NCBI GenBank assembly: GCA_951406725.2
Contig: OX597824.1
Span: 41,912,001-41,976,000, forward strand
Direction: 5' to 3'
Source: Octopus vulgaris
Lineage: Eukaryota
Length of the DNA: 64,000 nt
In this document: positions 40,076 to 54,459 of the stretch, piece after piece
How positions within the stretch are numbered: position 1 is the stretch's first letter
Layout: each line of letters starts with the position of its first letter
Notes under the pieces: model-generated
What the model was told of the DNA's origin: nothing
What the model saw: the letters and a program-made list of their open reading frames with translations, nothing else
Database searches by the model: none
Position numbers and translations under genes: made by a program

Positions 40076-40779
40076 GACAAAGGTTAATGGTAGCTCTGAT
40101 GAATGATGGCGGGGATGCACCAACCCCGTTTTTTTTTTTCCGTGTAAATGGTAAGTTTCAAGTAGATAATTTTGATAGAGAATATTAGCCCATTGGAATG
40201 TAGTTCTTACCTCATTTACTCTCTAAGACCAACTCTGTACAAACAGACATAGTCTGGAGTCAGGTATTTAACCCAAGTTCGGACTTGATCGAACATACCT
40301 ATGATAAAACGTATTCCAGTATATCCATCCTGCTTTTTAGATCCAGGTAAGTTCTTTTCTAAGAAGGCAGGATGTTATTTAAGATTGGTTTAGCTGCTAT
40401 ATGCTACCACATAAATATTCTCAAATTGGTTGAAAATGGTAGCGAAATATTGTTGTAGTTGCTGCTGTTACTATTCCACCCAAGGTGACTATAATAGAGT
40501 AAAGCTATGATTAAAGCTATCTCAGCCGTGACCACCATGTCTTTTTGTATATTTGATATATGCTTTATCCAGTGTGTCCTTCCTCTTTCAGGATGTTACG
40601 GAGAGTGTGATTGGAGTGGAGTAAGCTTCCATATCTAGCAGGTGACTGAATAGATGGTTCTCTTGTTGATTCTGTGTTGCTGTAGTTATTGTTGGTATTC
40701 TAAGCGTCAGGTCATGCCCAGCAGAGTAATATCGATTCCAGCCATAACTATTCTATTCTTTCTTTTCTTTTCTTTTATT

Positions 40780-41146
40780 CTTTTACTTGTTTCAGTCATT
40801 TGACTGCGGCCATGCTGGAGCAACGCCTTTAGTCGAGCAAATCGACCCCAGGACTTATTCTTTGTAAGCCTATTACTTATTCTATCGGTCTCTTTTTCCG
40901 AACCGCTAAGTTACGGGGACGTAAACACACCAGCATCGGTTGTCAAGCGATGTTGGGGGACAAACAGACACGCAAACGTACACACATATATACGACAGGC
41001 TTCTTTCAGTTTCTGTCAACCAAATTCACTCACAAGGCTTTGGTCGGCCCGATGCTATAGTAGAAGACACTTGCCCAAAGTGCCACTGAACCCGGAACCA
41101 TGTGGTTGGTAAGCAAGCTACTTACCACATAGCCAATCCTGCACCT
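40780..41146 (-). mobile_element. SINE family B
   Basis: Colinear reverse complement of 62166-62567. Confidence 0.9.
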
Positions 41147-41624
41147 ATCCTGTGTTTTTACATTACTAGGTCTACACAACCAAATGTGGCCTTCTCTACT
41201 TTTTGTAAACGGTTGGTGAGGGTGATTTGAAATACATTAGGCTACTGTTTCAAGCCGAGCACAACGCACAGAGACAACCTTCGTCGGCTCGTAATGGGTT
41301 GTGACAGTCAGGAGTGATTCGTTGCATGCAGTTGTAGGAAACACTGTTTCCTCTGGTTTATTCTAATGTTCTGCATGTCAGTTTGACAGGATGCGTTTCT
41401 TTGCCACTGTCTGGACCAGTTGTTCTCAACCGGGGTCACCATGACCCCTACAACCCATATAAGATTTTTTATGCCTCGTGCAAGCAAAATAGTAACTAAT
41501 GAGCCCGTGGTTGTATTTTTGGCGTCCATGATAAAACAATCTTACTTCAGACATTTATTTCAAGAAACTATGTTCCTTTTTTTCTCCGACGTTTTACATA
41601 GTTTAGTATTTACTCTCTTTTACT

Positions 41625-42014
41625 CTTTTACTCTTTAACTTGTTTCAGTCATTTGACTGCGGCCATGCTGGAGCACCGTCTTTAGTCGAGCAAATCGACC
41701 CCGGGACTTATTCTTTGTAAGCCCAGTACTTATTCTTTGCCGAACCGCTAAGTGACGTGGACGTAAACACACCAGCATCGGTTGTCAAGCAATGCTAGGG
41801 GGACAAACACAGACACACAAACACACACATATATATATATATATATACATATATACGACAGGCTTCTTTCAGTTTCCGTCTACCAAATCCACTCACAAGG
41901 CATTGGTCGGCCCGGGGATATAGCAGACGACACTTGCCCAAGATGCCACGCAGTGGGACTGAACCCGGAACCATGTGGTTGATTAGCAAGCTACTTACCA
42001 CACAGCCACTCCTG
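41625..42014 (-). mobile_element. SINE family B
   Basis: Colinear reverse complement of 62166-62567. Confidence 0.9.
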
Positions 42015-42194
42015 TTACTGAAAAATGTTCTCTCAAAGAATGCTATTGCAAACTTATGCAAGTGCATGTGTTAAAAACAAGATAAGAATGTTGAAAGAAG
42101 TTTCTTCAAAACTAGTTTTTAAATATGGGATGTGTATGAAGAATGTCTAGAATGAAACTTCCTCTATAAATATCAGGCTCGCATCACTTACTCT

Positions 42195-42413
42195 TTTACT
42201 CTTTTACTTGTTTCAGTCATTTGACAGTGTCCATCCTGGAGCACCGTTTTAGTCGAGAAAATCGACCCCAGGACCTATTCTTTGTGAGCCTAGTACTTAT
42301 TCTGTCGGTCTCTTTTGCCGAACCATTAAGTTACGGGGACATAAACACACCAGCATCGGTTGTCAAGCGATGTTGGGGAGACAAACACAGACACACACAC
42401 ACACACACACACA

Positions 42414-42462
<49 letters not shown>

Positions 42463-42648
42463 CATATATACATACATATATACATATATACGACGGGCTT
42501 CTTTCAGTTTCCGTCTACCAAATCCACTCACAAGGCTTTGGTCGGCCCGAGGCTATAGTAGAAGACACTTGTCCAAGATGCCATGCAGTGGGACTGAACC
42601 CGGAACCATGTGGTTGGTAAGCAAGCTACTTACAACACAGCCACTCCT
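42195..42648 (-). mobile_element. SINE family B with expanded internal microsatellite
   Basis: Colinear with the other copies; internal CA/TA tract ~100 bp. Confidence 0.9.
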
Positions 42649-42774
42649 AACAACATTGCAACACAATTTTTCTCGTACCTCGACTGGCCCTGCCCTATTC
42701 AACATTACTCCGAAAGAAGTAGAGAAGAAAAGTACTTTATAGCTTTTGAACTACACCGAAATAAATTTTTCTAG

Positions 42775-42883
42775 TACTAGGCTTACAAAGAATAAGTCCT
42801 GGGGTTGATTTTCTCGACTAAAGGCGGTGCTCCAACATGGCCACAGTCAAATGACTGAAACAAGTAAAAGAGTAAAAAGAGTA
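42775..42883 (+). mobile_element. SINE family B, 3' fragment in opposite orientation
   Basis: gtactaggcttacaaagaataagtcctgggg...gactgaaacaagtaaaagag. Confidence 0.85.
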
Positions 42884-42920
42884 AGTATTTAAAATAGGGC
42901 GTTATTTTTCAATCACCCTT

Positions 42921-42951
<31 letters not shown>

Positions 42952-43251
42952 ATGTGTGTGTATGTGCGTGTATATATATATATATATATAATAAAGGTAT
43001 TAAAATTTGTAAATAAAACTCAGAAGGGAAAGAAGAGTATTTCAATTTGTAAATAAGATACACGCACAAGAAAAAAAAAAATACGAAGCTAAAACATCAA
43101 TATTCTTTGGAAAACTTTAAATTGTTTTTGTAGTAAAATGTTTACTATTCCCTTTCTCCATCGGACGAATCAAATGTGAATGGATTTCGTTAAATGCTTA
43201 AATGGCAGTTATGTAGATTAATTAACACAAGAACTTGTTGAATAGTAGCAG

Positions 43252-43551
43252 CTTGTTCCTTCTCGAGCCATGCCTGGTTCATAAGGGCCGGTTTCCCGGT
43301 TTCCTTGGTGTATAGGTTCCCCACCTGGACGGGACGCCAGTCCGTCGCAGGTGAGCTGGAAGAGGCAGTAGGAAAAAGTGAGAGAAAGTTGTGGCGAAAG
43401 AGCCAGCAGAAGTTCGCCATTACCTTCTGCCAGAGCGGGTGGAACTTAAGTTTTTCGCTCATAAACACACACATCGTCCGGTCTGAGATTCAAACCCGCG
43501 ATCCCTCGATCGCGAGTTCGCTTCTCTAACCACTAGGCCATGTGCCTCCAC
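43252..43551 (-). mobile_element. SINE with family C head and alternative tail; 12-bp TSD
   Basis: TSD gaatagtagcag at 43240-43251 and 43552-43563; tail cctgcgacggactggcgtcccgtccagg...gaaaccggcccttatga. Confidence 0.85.
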
Positions 43552-43997
43552 GAATAGTAGCAGTGGGGTTGAGTAAATGGTAAAGATATTGATGAAACGT
43601 TTGTGTTGTTATTTAGATGTTAGTGACTTTGGTGATATGGTAAAAAGTATCAGTTAAGTGTTGATTTTAAATTGTAAAAATTTGGATTAAATAGTGGTAT
43701 TGTAGTTTAAATAGCAGAACCAGACCTCTTGTCCGGTTTCCAGAAATCCATAATTTCCTGCAATCCGGGAAAACTGCGCAATATTATATAACATACACTG
43801 TGCCCTGCTTTGGGTAAAAATACCGTTTTTGAAGTTGATTAATTTGCTATCAGTGTGTTAAAAATAGCTTTAATTTATACTTTTCATGTAGATTAAACAT
43901 ACTCTACTTTAGAAAAGCATATTAATTTGTATCTGTATCTGTTAAATAAAAATCATTTTCTTTACTTTTCTTTAATTTACATCCTATAAATTTTATG

Positions 43998-44047
<50 letters not shown>

Positions 44048-44288
44048 TATGATATATGTATGATATATGTATGATATATGTATGATATATGTTACAGTAT
44101 GATATATGTTACGAATTAATAAATCTCAAACAGATTCTGTTTTAGCAGTGTATTAATTTGAATCCGTTAAATACCACTTAGTTCTTTACTTTCCAAAGTC
44201 TATTTTATATTTTAAGTATATATTCAGACCGGAAAATGCAGAAATTCTGGATACTTCAGGTTCTAAGCCTGTCGGATAATTGGTCCCG

Positions 44289-44498
44289 TACCGTATTTAA
44301 GAAAGTAATATTGTGTTCACTCGTATACAATGCGAGAAATTTTACAGCCAAGGTCAGCACTGGGAGTGTAAAAATAATAGGAATTTAGGCACAAAAGTCT
44401 GTGTGTGTGCATGTATGTAAGTGTATGCGTATTTTTGTGTGTTGGGGAATAAATGCGCCTTACATTCCTGATCGCATTTTACTCGAATAAATACGATA
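44289..44498. mobile_element. Possible pogo/Tc2-like MITE
   Basis: Ends taccgtattt... and ...gcgccttacattcc...tactcgaataaatacgata. Confidence 0.35.
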
Positions 44499-44946
44499 TT
44501 CGTTCGCACCGTTTTCATTGGTTCTCGCACTATATTTGATTTATTATCACGCTGCTATTTGATTGGTTCTGTCACGCTGTATTTTCATCAGTTATATTCC
44601 ATTGGTTTTCCATTACACTTCGATACAACCAAAGACATTTTCATATGTGTTTGCCTTTCTTATTTCAATATTCCTTTATTTTATTTCATTATTTCTTATT
44701 CCTCTTTCTTTTCCTGCCATTTTGTTCTTGTTGTTGTCGTCGTTGTTATTATTATTTGTTTTGTTTTTTTCAAATTGATATGTTTGATTATTTGCTTTGG
44801 CATTTTTGTCATTCTATCTTCTCTCCTTAAGAACAACTCTATCTTTCCAGTTTTGTTTCTTCTTTCTCTCCATTACTTCATCTCTTTCGCTCTAATTTTT
44901 CCTCTTTCTATATCCCGCTCTCTCTCACTCCTTCTCTCTCTGTCTA

Positions 44947-44991
<45 letters not shown>

Positions 44992-46032
44992 GCCTTTCGC
45001 TCTCGCATTCACTCAGCTGTTTATTATTTCACTCTCCTTAACAAACTCCATCTATTTTCTCTTCTCTCTCTTTCTTTCTCTCTTTCACACACACACACAC
45101 ACACTCACACACACATTTTCATTTCTTCATATATTCCATCCAACCTTTCTTTTCTCCATTATTCATACTCTCTCTCTCTCTCTTTCTCGCTCTCTCTCTC
45201 TCTCTCTCTTATTTACCATTTCCTTTCCTTGTTTCGTTTTAGTATTTTCTTCCCCTTCAAAATCTTGCTTTCCTTTTCCACTTTGTTTAAAAGTCATTCA
45301 ATATTTCTTTAGATTCTGTCGATATCATATCTCACCTTACCTTCACAATCTCTCGACATTTGCCAAACCTTCTCTTTGTTTTTCACATTCCGCTTCGCAC
45401 TTTTATATAAGTTTCACATGTTCATTCTCTTCTTTCGATTCCCTCTACTTTCTAATATTTCTGTTTCTCGAATTAATAATTTTTATCACTCCAATACTCA
45501 AGACTTCATTACTTTTTACATATATTTTGCATTCATTCATACTATTTTCTCCTTTTAATTTCCCCATATTCTAGTCTTTCTCTTCTCCCTTTTTCTCTTT
45601 TATTTTTCTTATCATTTTATCTTCTCAAATTTGACTTCCCTTTTTCACACACATACACACAGTCAGGAAGATAGACACACACATACACAGACAGCTACAC
45701 ACATGTATATTACACACATATAAACACATGCGCAAATACATTTTTATTCACGCTTTTCTAATTTTTCTCACTGTCATTTTTTCCCTTCCTTTTCCAGTTT
45801 CACTTTCACTCTCTGTCACTTCTCGCTATCATCGAAAATAACTCCATGTCATCACTGAAATACCTACACTTCACTCCGTGCTCACATCAACAATAAGGAT
45901 GACAAGAGAAATCAATGTAGTAAGAAGCTGTTTGTTGCTGTTTGGTTTCAGGTCAGCCCTGGTCGAAAAAATCTATGATAAAGACATTTCAGCTATAACC
46001 ACGCTGTCATTTTAGCATTATCTACGACTTGG

Positions 46033-46116
<84 letters not shown>

Positions 46117-46141
46117 TATAATTATTATAGATAATATATAT

Positions 46142-46189
<48 letters not shown>

Positions 46190-46669
46190 GTATGTATGTA
46201 TTTATGTATAAAAATGAAGAACATTAATCCTCATGTGAGATATTAATGTTTGTGGCCGCAAGCTAAAGTCGTATAGGGAAAGTAATTAGATTTATATAAA
46301 AATTATATATAACAACGTTGCTTTGTTTCTTATTAAAAAACATCAGCTTTGCTGAACATAGGAGCTAAAATCTTCCGAAGCCACAAAACGTTAACACTAT
46401 ATTTACACAGGCACCCTTGTTGGTCCGTACATTGGAAACATTGTTGTTCTTGTAGTTGTTTTAAGCCATATTGGCTCTTGAGAGGCACATGAATGGCTAA
46501 AAATGAAGCAAACAATTACAAACCCAGCTCTGTCACTTAGACAAAGTGTATCTAAAGTTATATTATCCAATATCCAATGTGTCTGTTTCCAAAGACAGTT
46601 GAGTGTGGTTTCAGAGAAATATTTGTTTACTATTTCTAACATGCTGAGCGACTACGAAGGAATTTAATA

Positions 46670-46858
46670 TTGGTTAAAAGGCTAAGCGGCACTTCGTCCG
46701 TCTGCCTTTACGTTCTGAGTTCACATTCCGCCGAGGTTGACTTTAACTTTCATCCTTTCGGGGTTGCAGAAATAAGTATCAGTTGTGCACTGCAGTCGAC
46801 GAAATTGAGGAGTCCCGCCTCACTAAAAATCAGGCTTTGTGCCTATAGTAGAAAAGAT
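46670..46858 (+). mobile_element. Degenerate SINE family A
   Basis: tttacgttctgagttcacattccgccgaggttgac...catcctttcgggg. Confidence 0.75.
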
Positions 46859-46864
46859 ATATAA

Positions 46865-46919
<55 letters not shown>

Positions 46920-46949
46920 GGATGCATGCATTTCGGAGTAGTTATCTCG

Positions 46950-47700
46950 TCTTCAGTAAGAGAACCCGGAAAGGTAGGCGCAAAGGAATTGTGCCTCAAA
47001 TGTTGCTCGAAAGTTTTTACAACTTTCAGGTAAATACTTTCTTAAATTTAACCCATATGATAAAATATTCACCTTACACGCGGTTAAACATGGCTTACTC
47101 AACCATGACTAATTTTGCTGAATGTATAGCAAGATTTTACCATAGTAAATCAAACTGTGCAATTTATTATACTACAACTACTGACTGTCCATCTAATACT
47201 ACCACTCCTAGCCATCTAAATAATCGAAACATTATATTTGCTGCAAATAATCAACAATTTTGTACCTGATCCAATAATAGTACTATTAATGATAGTCAAG
47301 CTGAACTCATCATACCTACCAATAGTCAGGCAAACCTTGCTCTATGTAACTTCGTAATAAATCATTGTGTCTTATTAATAGCCAGCGCCTTAAGAAAAGT
47401 ATAGTGGACCAGGGCTCTCTCACTGCTAAAGAACATGTTGATATTGGTGCGTCCTCTTCCCCATTCAAACTTCGTTGGGATAATCACACATCTACATTCA
47501 GACATAAAGATAAGGCTAGTAGTATTTTTCTAACTAAATTTGTATAGTTCCTCGCTGATAATAGCATTGAATATAAAATTGATACATCTAATGTATGTAA
47601 TGCACAACCATATAAGAGTCATTGTGGTTGGTGTGGATTGATTTGATTAATAAACCAAATAGAATATTTTTAATCAACGTAATAAATAATTAAACATGAT
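46950..47700 (+). mobile_element. Decayed PLE linker + GIY-YIG (Naiad-like)
   Basis: AYSTMTNF; then C-N-[C]-RNKSL-C-LINSQ-[C>R]; SIV[Y>D]Q; [Y>D]IGASSSPFKLRWDNHTSTFRH..LTKFV[W>*]FL..EYKID..AQPY. Stops and frameshifts present. Confidence 0.7.
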
Positions 47701-48098
47701 GAATTAATTATAAGATGCCATCACGTTAAACGTAAATTGTTCCCATATACTAACTATACTTAATTGTTATACTTATAGTAATAAACAATATAACCTAGAA
47801 TATTGAAATTGTATGATTCCCAAACATATGGTTAAGCATAATTTGAAATCATCTCAGTAACAAGATAATGTCTTATACCATATTCAGGCATTCCGCTATT
47901 TGTAAAAATATGTATTACCCATTGATACATAACATTTGAGTTTATCATACCCGTATTTTATGCCTTAACTATTTATTGCGTATTATTGAAGTTGTTAACT
48001 CTTGAAACTTGTTTATACTCTTGATTGCCTCTATCTTATATCTATTATTATTATTATTATTACTATTATTGTTGTTGTTATATTTGTTGTTGTTGTTG

Positions 48099-48184
<86 letters not shown>

Positions 48185-48187
<3 letters not shown>

Positions 48188-48378
48188 GAGTGAGAGAGCA
48201 GTGCATGCCATCAAAGTGACACTGAGGTAAAATATACGAAGCCCAGTATACCCGTCTGATAAGGGTACACTAGGCACATGCAACACACCATATGTACGTG
48301 ACATATGACCTTGAAGGTGGGGCCCAGTTAGAATTTTCTTCTGGTCGAGTAACCCATCCTGTTCAAAAGGTCCCTGAG
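48185..48378 (-). mobile_element. Truncated family E copy between (TTA)n and (TAA)n arrays
   Basis: Reverse complement of 12810-13050, with internal deletions. Confidence 0.85.
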
Positions 48379-48406
48379 TAATAATAATAATAATGATAAT
48401 AATAAT

Positions 48407-48586
<180 letters not shown>

Positions 48587-48627
48587 TTATTTATTTATTG
48601 TCCAAGACAAACAAAAACAGACAACGG

Positions 48628-48780
48628 GATAGTCGATTACATCGACCCCAGTGATTAACTGGTACTTATTTAATCGACCCCGAAAGGATGAAAGGTAAAG
48701 TCGGTGGAATTTGAACTCAGAACGTATTTCATCTGCCGTTACGTTCTGAGTTCAAATTCCGCTGAGGTCGACTTTACCTT
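48628..48780. mobile_element. Family A SINE with internal inversion
   Basis: Minus part 48628-48727 joined to plus part 48727-48780; ggaatttgaactcagaacgta pairs with tacgttctgagttcaaattcc. Confidence 0.8.
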
Positions 48781-49033
48781 TGGAGTGTATGTATGTAAAT
48801 GTGCGTATGTGTATGATTATGTATATGTTTATGTGTGTGTATACATATATTCTGGTGTGCGGGTTTATAAGCTAATATATGTTGACATATCTGTATAAGT
48901 GTAGGTATATAAATTTAAATAGGCATGTGTGTTTGCGTTTTATTATTCTCTGTATCTATTTGTTCATTTATTTGTCAAATCTGTATTTATTTAAGTGGAT
49001 ATATACATTTGTATGTGTGTGTTTATGTATAAG

Positions 49034-49946
<913 letters not shown>

Positions 49947-49983
49947 TAGATAGATAGATAGTATACATACATACACACATACA

Positions 49984-50143
<160 letters not shown>

Positions 50144-50177
50144 TGTATGTATGTATGTATGTGTGTATGTATGTATA

Positions 50178-50640
50178 CTAGCTGACGTACCCGGTAAATT
50201 CCCGGGAAAGCGGGGCTTGTCTCTTGGTTTCGTTCTCATATTGTTTCGCTAATCTAATAACAACAATATAAAGTACAAAGCCCTTAAAACGGTTTTTGTG
50301 CATTTACAGAGAATACCGAACAGTCTTACACAGGATCTTGTTAGGAATTTCCAATAAGTTATGAATATCCAAATTGTGAAGCTAGTTATATAATAACATA
50401 ATATTAATTACCCTATAGTAAGAATTCAAATAAAGTAGCCCCGAAAGGGCTTTAATGCGTTCCCAGAGTATTTAGAACATAGGAGGAAATACTAATAAGG
50501 TATGCATACTAAAATTGTGAAGCATGTTACGTAATAACATGTTAATCAGATATGAGATAATACCAATTCAAAGTAAATAACTCTGAAAAGGGCTTTTGCA
50601 CCTTCCCACAGAATATTACTCTCAGGGGCGCTAGTGTAGA
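50178..50640 (-). mobile_element. Non-autonomous Helitron with internal ~140-bp tandem duplication
   Basis: Minus strand A|TCTACACTAG... to hairpin cccgggaatttaccggg followed by tacgtcagCTAG|T; aaattgtgaagc unit near 50371 and 50512. Confidence 0.7.
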
Positions 50641-50705
50641 TATATACATGTGTGTGTAAGTGTATGTGTGTGTATGAGTTCGTTTATTTGTGCAACATGT
50701 ATATA

Positions 50706-51970
50706 CGAGGGGCGTTCAATAAGTAATGCCCCTGACCCACTTGCAGTTGTTTGATCTGAAATTTTGCATGTGCACTTATTTATACCTCTATAGATTAAGT
50801 GGCGAATTACAGCTCTGAACTAATTGCGGTTTCTGATTTACAGGTGTTTGAACTGAGTCAAGTGTGAAATGGAGCCTGTTGAGTGTCGAGCAGTGATCTG
50901 GTTTTTGTATTTGAAAGGACGCACACCACGGGAGACTTTTGATGAAATGAAAGTAACTTATGGTGATGATGCCCCATCATATGACCTTGTAAAACGCTGG
51001 CATTGTGAATTCAAACATAGTCGGAACTCTGTGGAAACAGCTCCCAGATCTGGTCGCCCCTTCTGCCGTTGATGAGACGTCTGTCCGTCAAGTTGAGGCT
51101 GCCATTTTGGAAGGTCAACGCATAACTATTCGCCAAATAGCCCATAAGGTCAAGATTAGTACCGGGTCTGTGGAAACTATCATTCATGACCATTTGCATA
51201 TGCAAAAGGTGTCTGCCAGATGGATTTCCAGGTTGCTCACACCTTTCCAGAAGCAAGAACGCGTTGAGTGCTCGAGGATGAATTTGGAGATGTGCCAAGA
51301 AGATGAGTCAAAATTTTTCAAAAGACTGATGACACAGGATAAAACCTGGGTCCATCACTATGATCCATAGACCAAAGCCCAGTCAATGCAGTGAAAGCAC
51401 CGTGACTCACCTCCTCCAAAGAAGGCAAGGGTGCAGCCCTCCGCTGACAAGGTTATGCTCACAGTCTTCTGGGACCAGGACGGAGTAGTGATGACAGATT
51501 TCCTGGCAAAGGGTATCACAATTACAGGAGCCTATTATGCTTCACTTTTGAGGAAATTAAGAGAAGCTATCAAAATCAAGAGGCGGGGCAAGATCAGCAA
51601 AGGCATCCTCCACCTGCAGGACAACGCTCCGGTCCACAACTCGCGTGTCACCAGATCAGAAGCACAGGCGTGCAGCTATGAACTCCTCCCCTTGCACCCT
51701 CTGATTTTCACCTCTTCCCAGCCATGAAGTTGATTTTGAAAGGAAAGCGTTTCCCAGATGATGCAGCCTTGATTTCTGAAGTCACGTCGTGGTTGGAGGA
51801 CCAAGTTGGGGTCTTCTACAAAAACAGTCTCCAGAGCTGTATCAAACGATGGGAGGAATGCATAAATCTGGGTAGTTCCTATGTAGGAAAAGACTAATAA
51901 CTGTGCCAAGTGTCGTTGCTCTACTACTATGGGAAGTGGGTCAGGGGCATTACTTATTGAACGCCCCTCG
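50706..51970 (+). mobile_element. Full-length mariner (DD34D, irritans-like TIRs), inactive
   Basis: Perfect 37-bp TIRs CGAGGGGCGTTCAATAAGTAATGCCCCTGACCCACTT with TA target duplication. Confidence 0.95.
50869..51900 (+). pseudogene. Mariner transposase pseudogene
   Basis: Motifs RSGRP, SARWISRLL, TQDKTWVHHYDP, KVMLTVFWD, LQDNAPVH, APSDFHLF. Frameshift near 51060, stops near 51368 and 51392, HPPYSPD segment deleted. Confidence 0.9.
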
Positions 51971-52038
51971 TATGTATAAATGTGTTTCGGTGTGTGTACA
52001 AGTAAATGTGCATTTATGAGTGTGTATCTGCATAGGAT

Positions 52039-52098
<60 letters not shown>

Positions 52099-52199
52099 TG
52101 TGTGTGTGTACGTTTGAGTATGTGCGTATATACTTTTTGAGTATGTGCGTATATACTTCGAATAACACAAATGCAAATAGACTTCCTTCAACCTGGAAA

Positions 52200-53460
52200 C
52201 ACTGGCATTAACGAATAACCATCAACCTATGTTAACATCAGAGGAAACTCTCAGCAAACTTCAAACCAGTAATGTTCTTACAATAAACCAAATCCACTTC
52301 ACCATATGCATCGAAAAATTCAACGAATTTCTTTTCTCGGTGCTTGTATGCTGTTGTTTTGGTTCCTTGTGCCAAATTCTCTGAACATTGTTCTAGCCAG
52401 ATAAGTATCATTCTTGGAAAGTCCCAACTTGCGAACAAAATGACCCAGTTGTTCTTAACTTATTTCAGAGCCTGAAGGAAGAATTTCAGAATCCTTGTCA
52501 TCTATTTGGACTTCACATCCACTTTCGTAATCGGATCAATCATCTGTTACTCAATGGTCGATTGCTTGGCACAGCAGGAAGTTACATTACGTATGGCTGA
52601 GGTCTTATGGCAGATGGCAAATTAGGATATCTGATAAATTTTGCAGTTTTCTCATTGGATCTCTCAACATTAGTAATGCAAAAGTAACAATCAGTAGAAT
52701 GGTTGTTTTGTTCTCGCCATGCAGTTGGAGTGGCAAATGACATTTGCTTCAGCTTGCCACCGGACCACAGAAAAAAAACGATCATGAAACCTTGGCATAC
52801 AATACGTGGAGCAAAACAATTATCTTGGTCTCCAAGTTTCATTTTGAAGTAATCTTTGCCTTTATCATGCTTGTATGAGTGGCGTGATGCTTTTTGCTAG
52901 TCCTTGAATTCAAATTCTCTACAGATGTAGCAAAAGTGATCTGTGTCAGTGCGATATACACGTCTTGAAGCCATGCAAACTGAAGCAAATTTAAGGGGAG
53001 AAATATTTAAAAATATAGTAGACCACAGTGAACAAAGCAATAACCAATTTCATACAAGTCACAATAACATCTGAAACACGCATTTTAATCAGTGTTGTAA
53101 AAATAAACATGATCCAATATCTGTTATATATACTCTTACAGCTATCTCATTGAGAGTGTTTATAAAAATAGACACGATCTAATATGTGTTATATCTACTT
53201 TTACAGTTCTCTCATTAAAGGTTGTCACAAAAGAACAGTCAAAAGCATTTTTGAAAGATAAATAGAAACACCTGACGTACTTCATACAATATTACATTTC
53301 TGTAAAATTTGGTATATAGGAGTATCTTGTAGACCAAAATCTAGATGTGATGGCGCAACACTGATATCATATTCAGAAAGATTACACTAAAATTATCTAA
53401 GAATCATTTTAATTATCTCTTGCTAAAGAAACTTTTTTGTTCCGTTTTTGTCATGCAGTG
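52200..53460 (-). mobile_element. Chapaev3-like (CMC) DNA transposon remnant
   Basis: FCYIC, KLGDQD..AP..VC, WREQNNHSTDCYFC, YPNLPSAIRP, LVYCKNITGL; minus-strand terminus CACTG at 53460. Family assignment is from motif recall. Confidence 0.65.
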
Positions 53461-53767
53461 TACTTTTACTAATGCTGTGATTGATTATTTATGATGCTGT
53501 TCCAACTACTACTTCTACTATCATCGCTGTACAGAACCTTCCGCAGCTACTTTGAAATCTCCACCACACTTTCCTTCACCAACACCACCACTACTACTCT
53601 CAGCTACCATTAGTAATAAAGCACGGACACCGAGGTAATGGCTATACCATTTCCAGCATCTTCTTTGCACTCCACCTTATTATACTTGACTGGTTGGTGC
53701 ATTTTCAGTCAATGGTAAGTGAGAAGGACATTAGTGTGCATGCCATCATCAGCTAGTCAGTTGATCG

Positions 53768-53815
<48 letters not shown>

Positions 53816-53835
53816 ATATTACTACAACAACAACA

Positions 53836-53927
<92 letters not shown>

Positions 53928-54162
53928 AACTACGTGCATAACTGTCTACTGTAGACTATACAAAGCTCTGTTCGTTTCTCGGTGTATCAGTCCGCTACTA
54001 ATAAAGATATATTCGACTATTCGAACTCCTCCCAAGGGAAATCAACTACTTTTATTGGTATTAAAGTCGCCATAATAACAATAACAATAATAATTATTAT
54101 TGTTGTTGCCATAAACCGTCGTCGTCATTATTACTTTCATCATCATAAATACATCGTCGTCG

Positions 54163-54199
<37 letters not shown>

Positions 54200-54459
54200 T
54201 TCAGCAGCAGCGGCGGTACCAGTATCAGCATTGACCTCATCCTTATCATCGAGCGTACTGATGCAACTGAACTACGTCAGTGAAATTTCTCACCTCTTTT
54301 TATGGCCTGCTTCTGTTCTCTGTCTCCCCAATGTTTTCGATCTGACACCGTCCGTTTTCAAAAATTGATGAACATTACCATCGCCGCCACAACCTTTGTT
54401 TCCTAGCTTCTTTCATTCGTGTACTCTTTCCCTACTACCACTCCATCATACATACATAT

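Noticed and set aside
39628-40080. Poly-His/Pro ORF resembling a transcription-factor N-terminus
   Set aside because: (GGT)n/(GGC)n microsatellite with no recognisable domain.
42221-42742. Recurrent RRASFSFRLPNPLTRLWSARG peptide ORFs (also 14316, 62144, 62834)
   Set aside because: Antisense translation of SINE family B.
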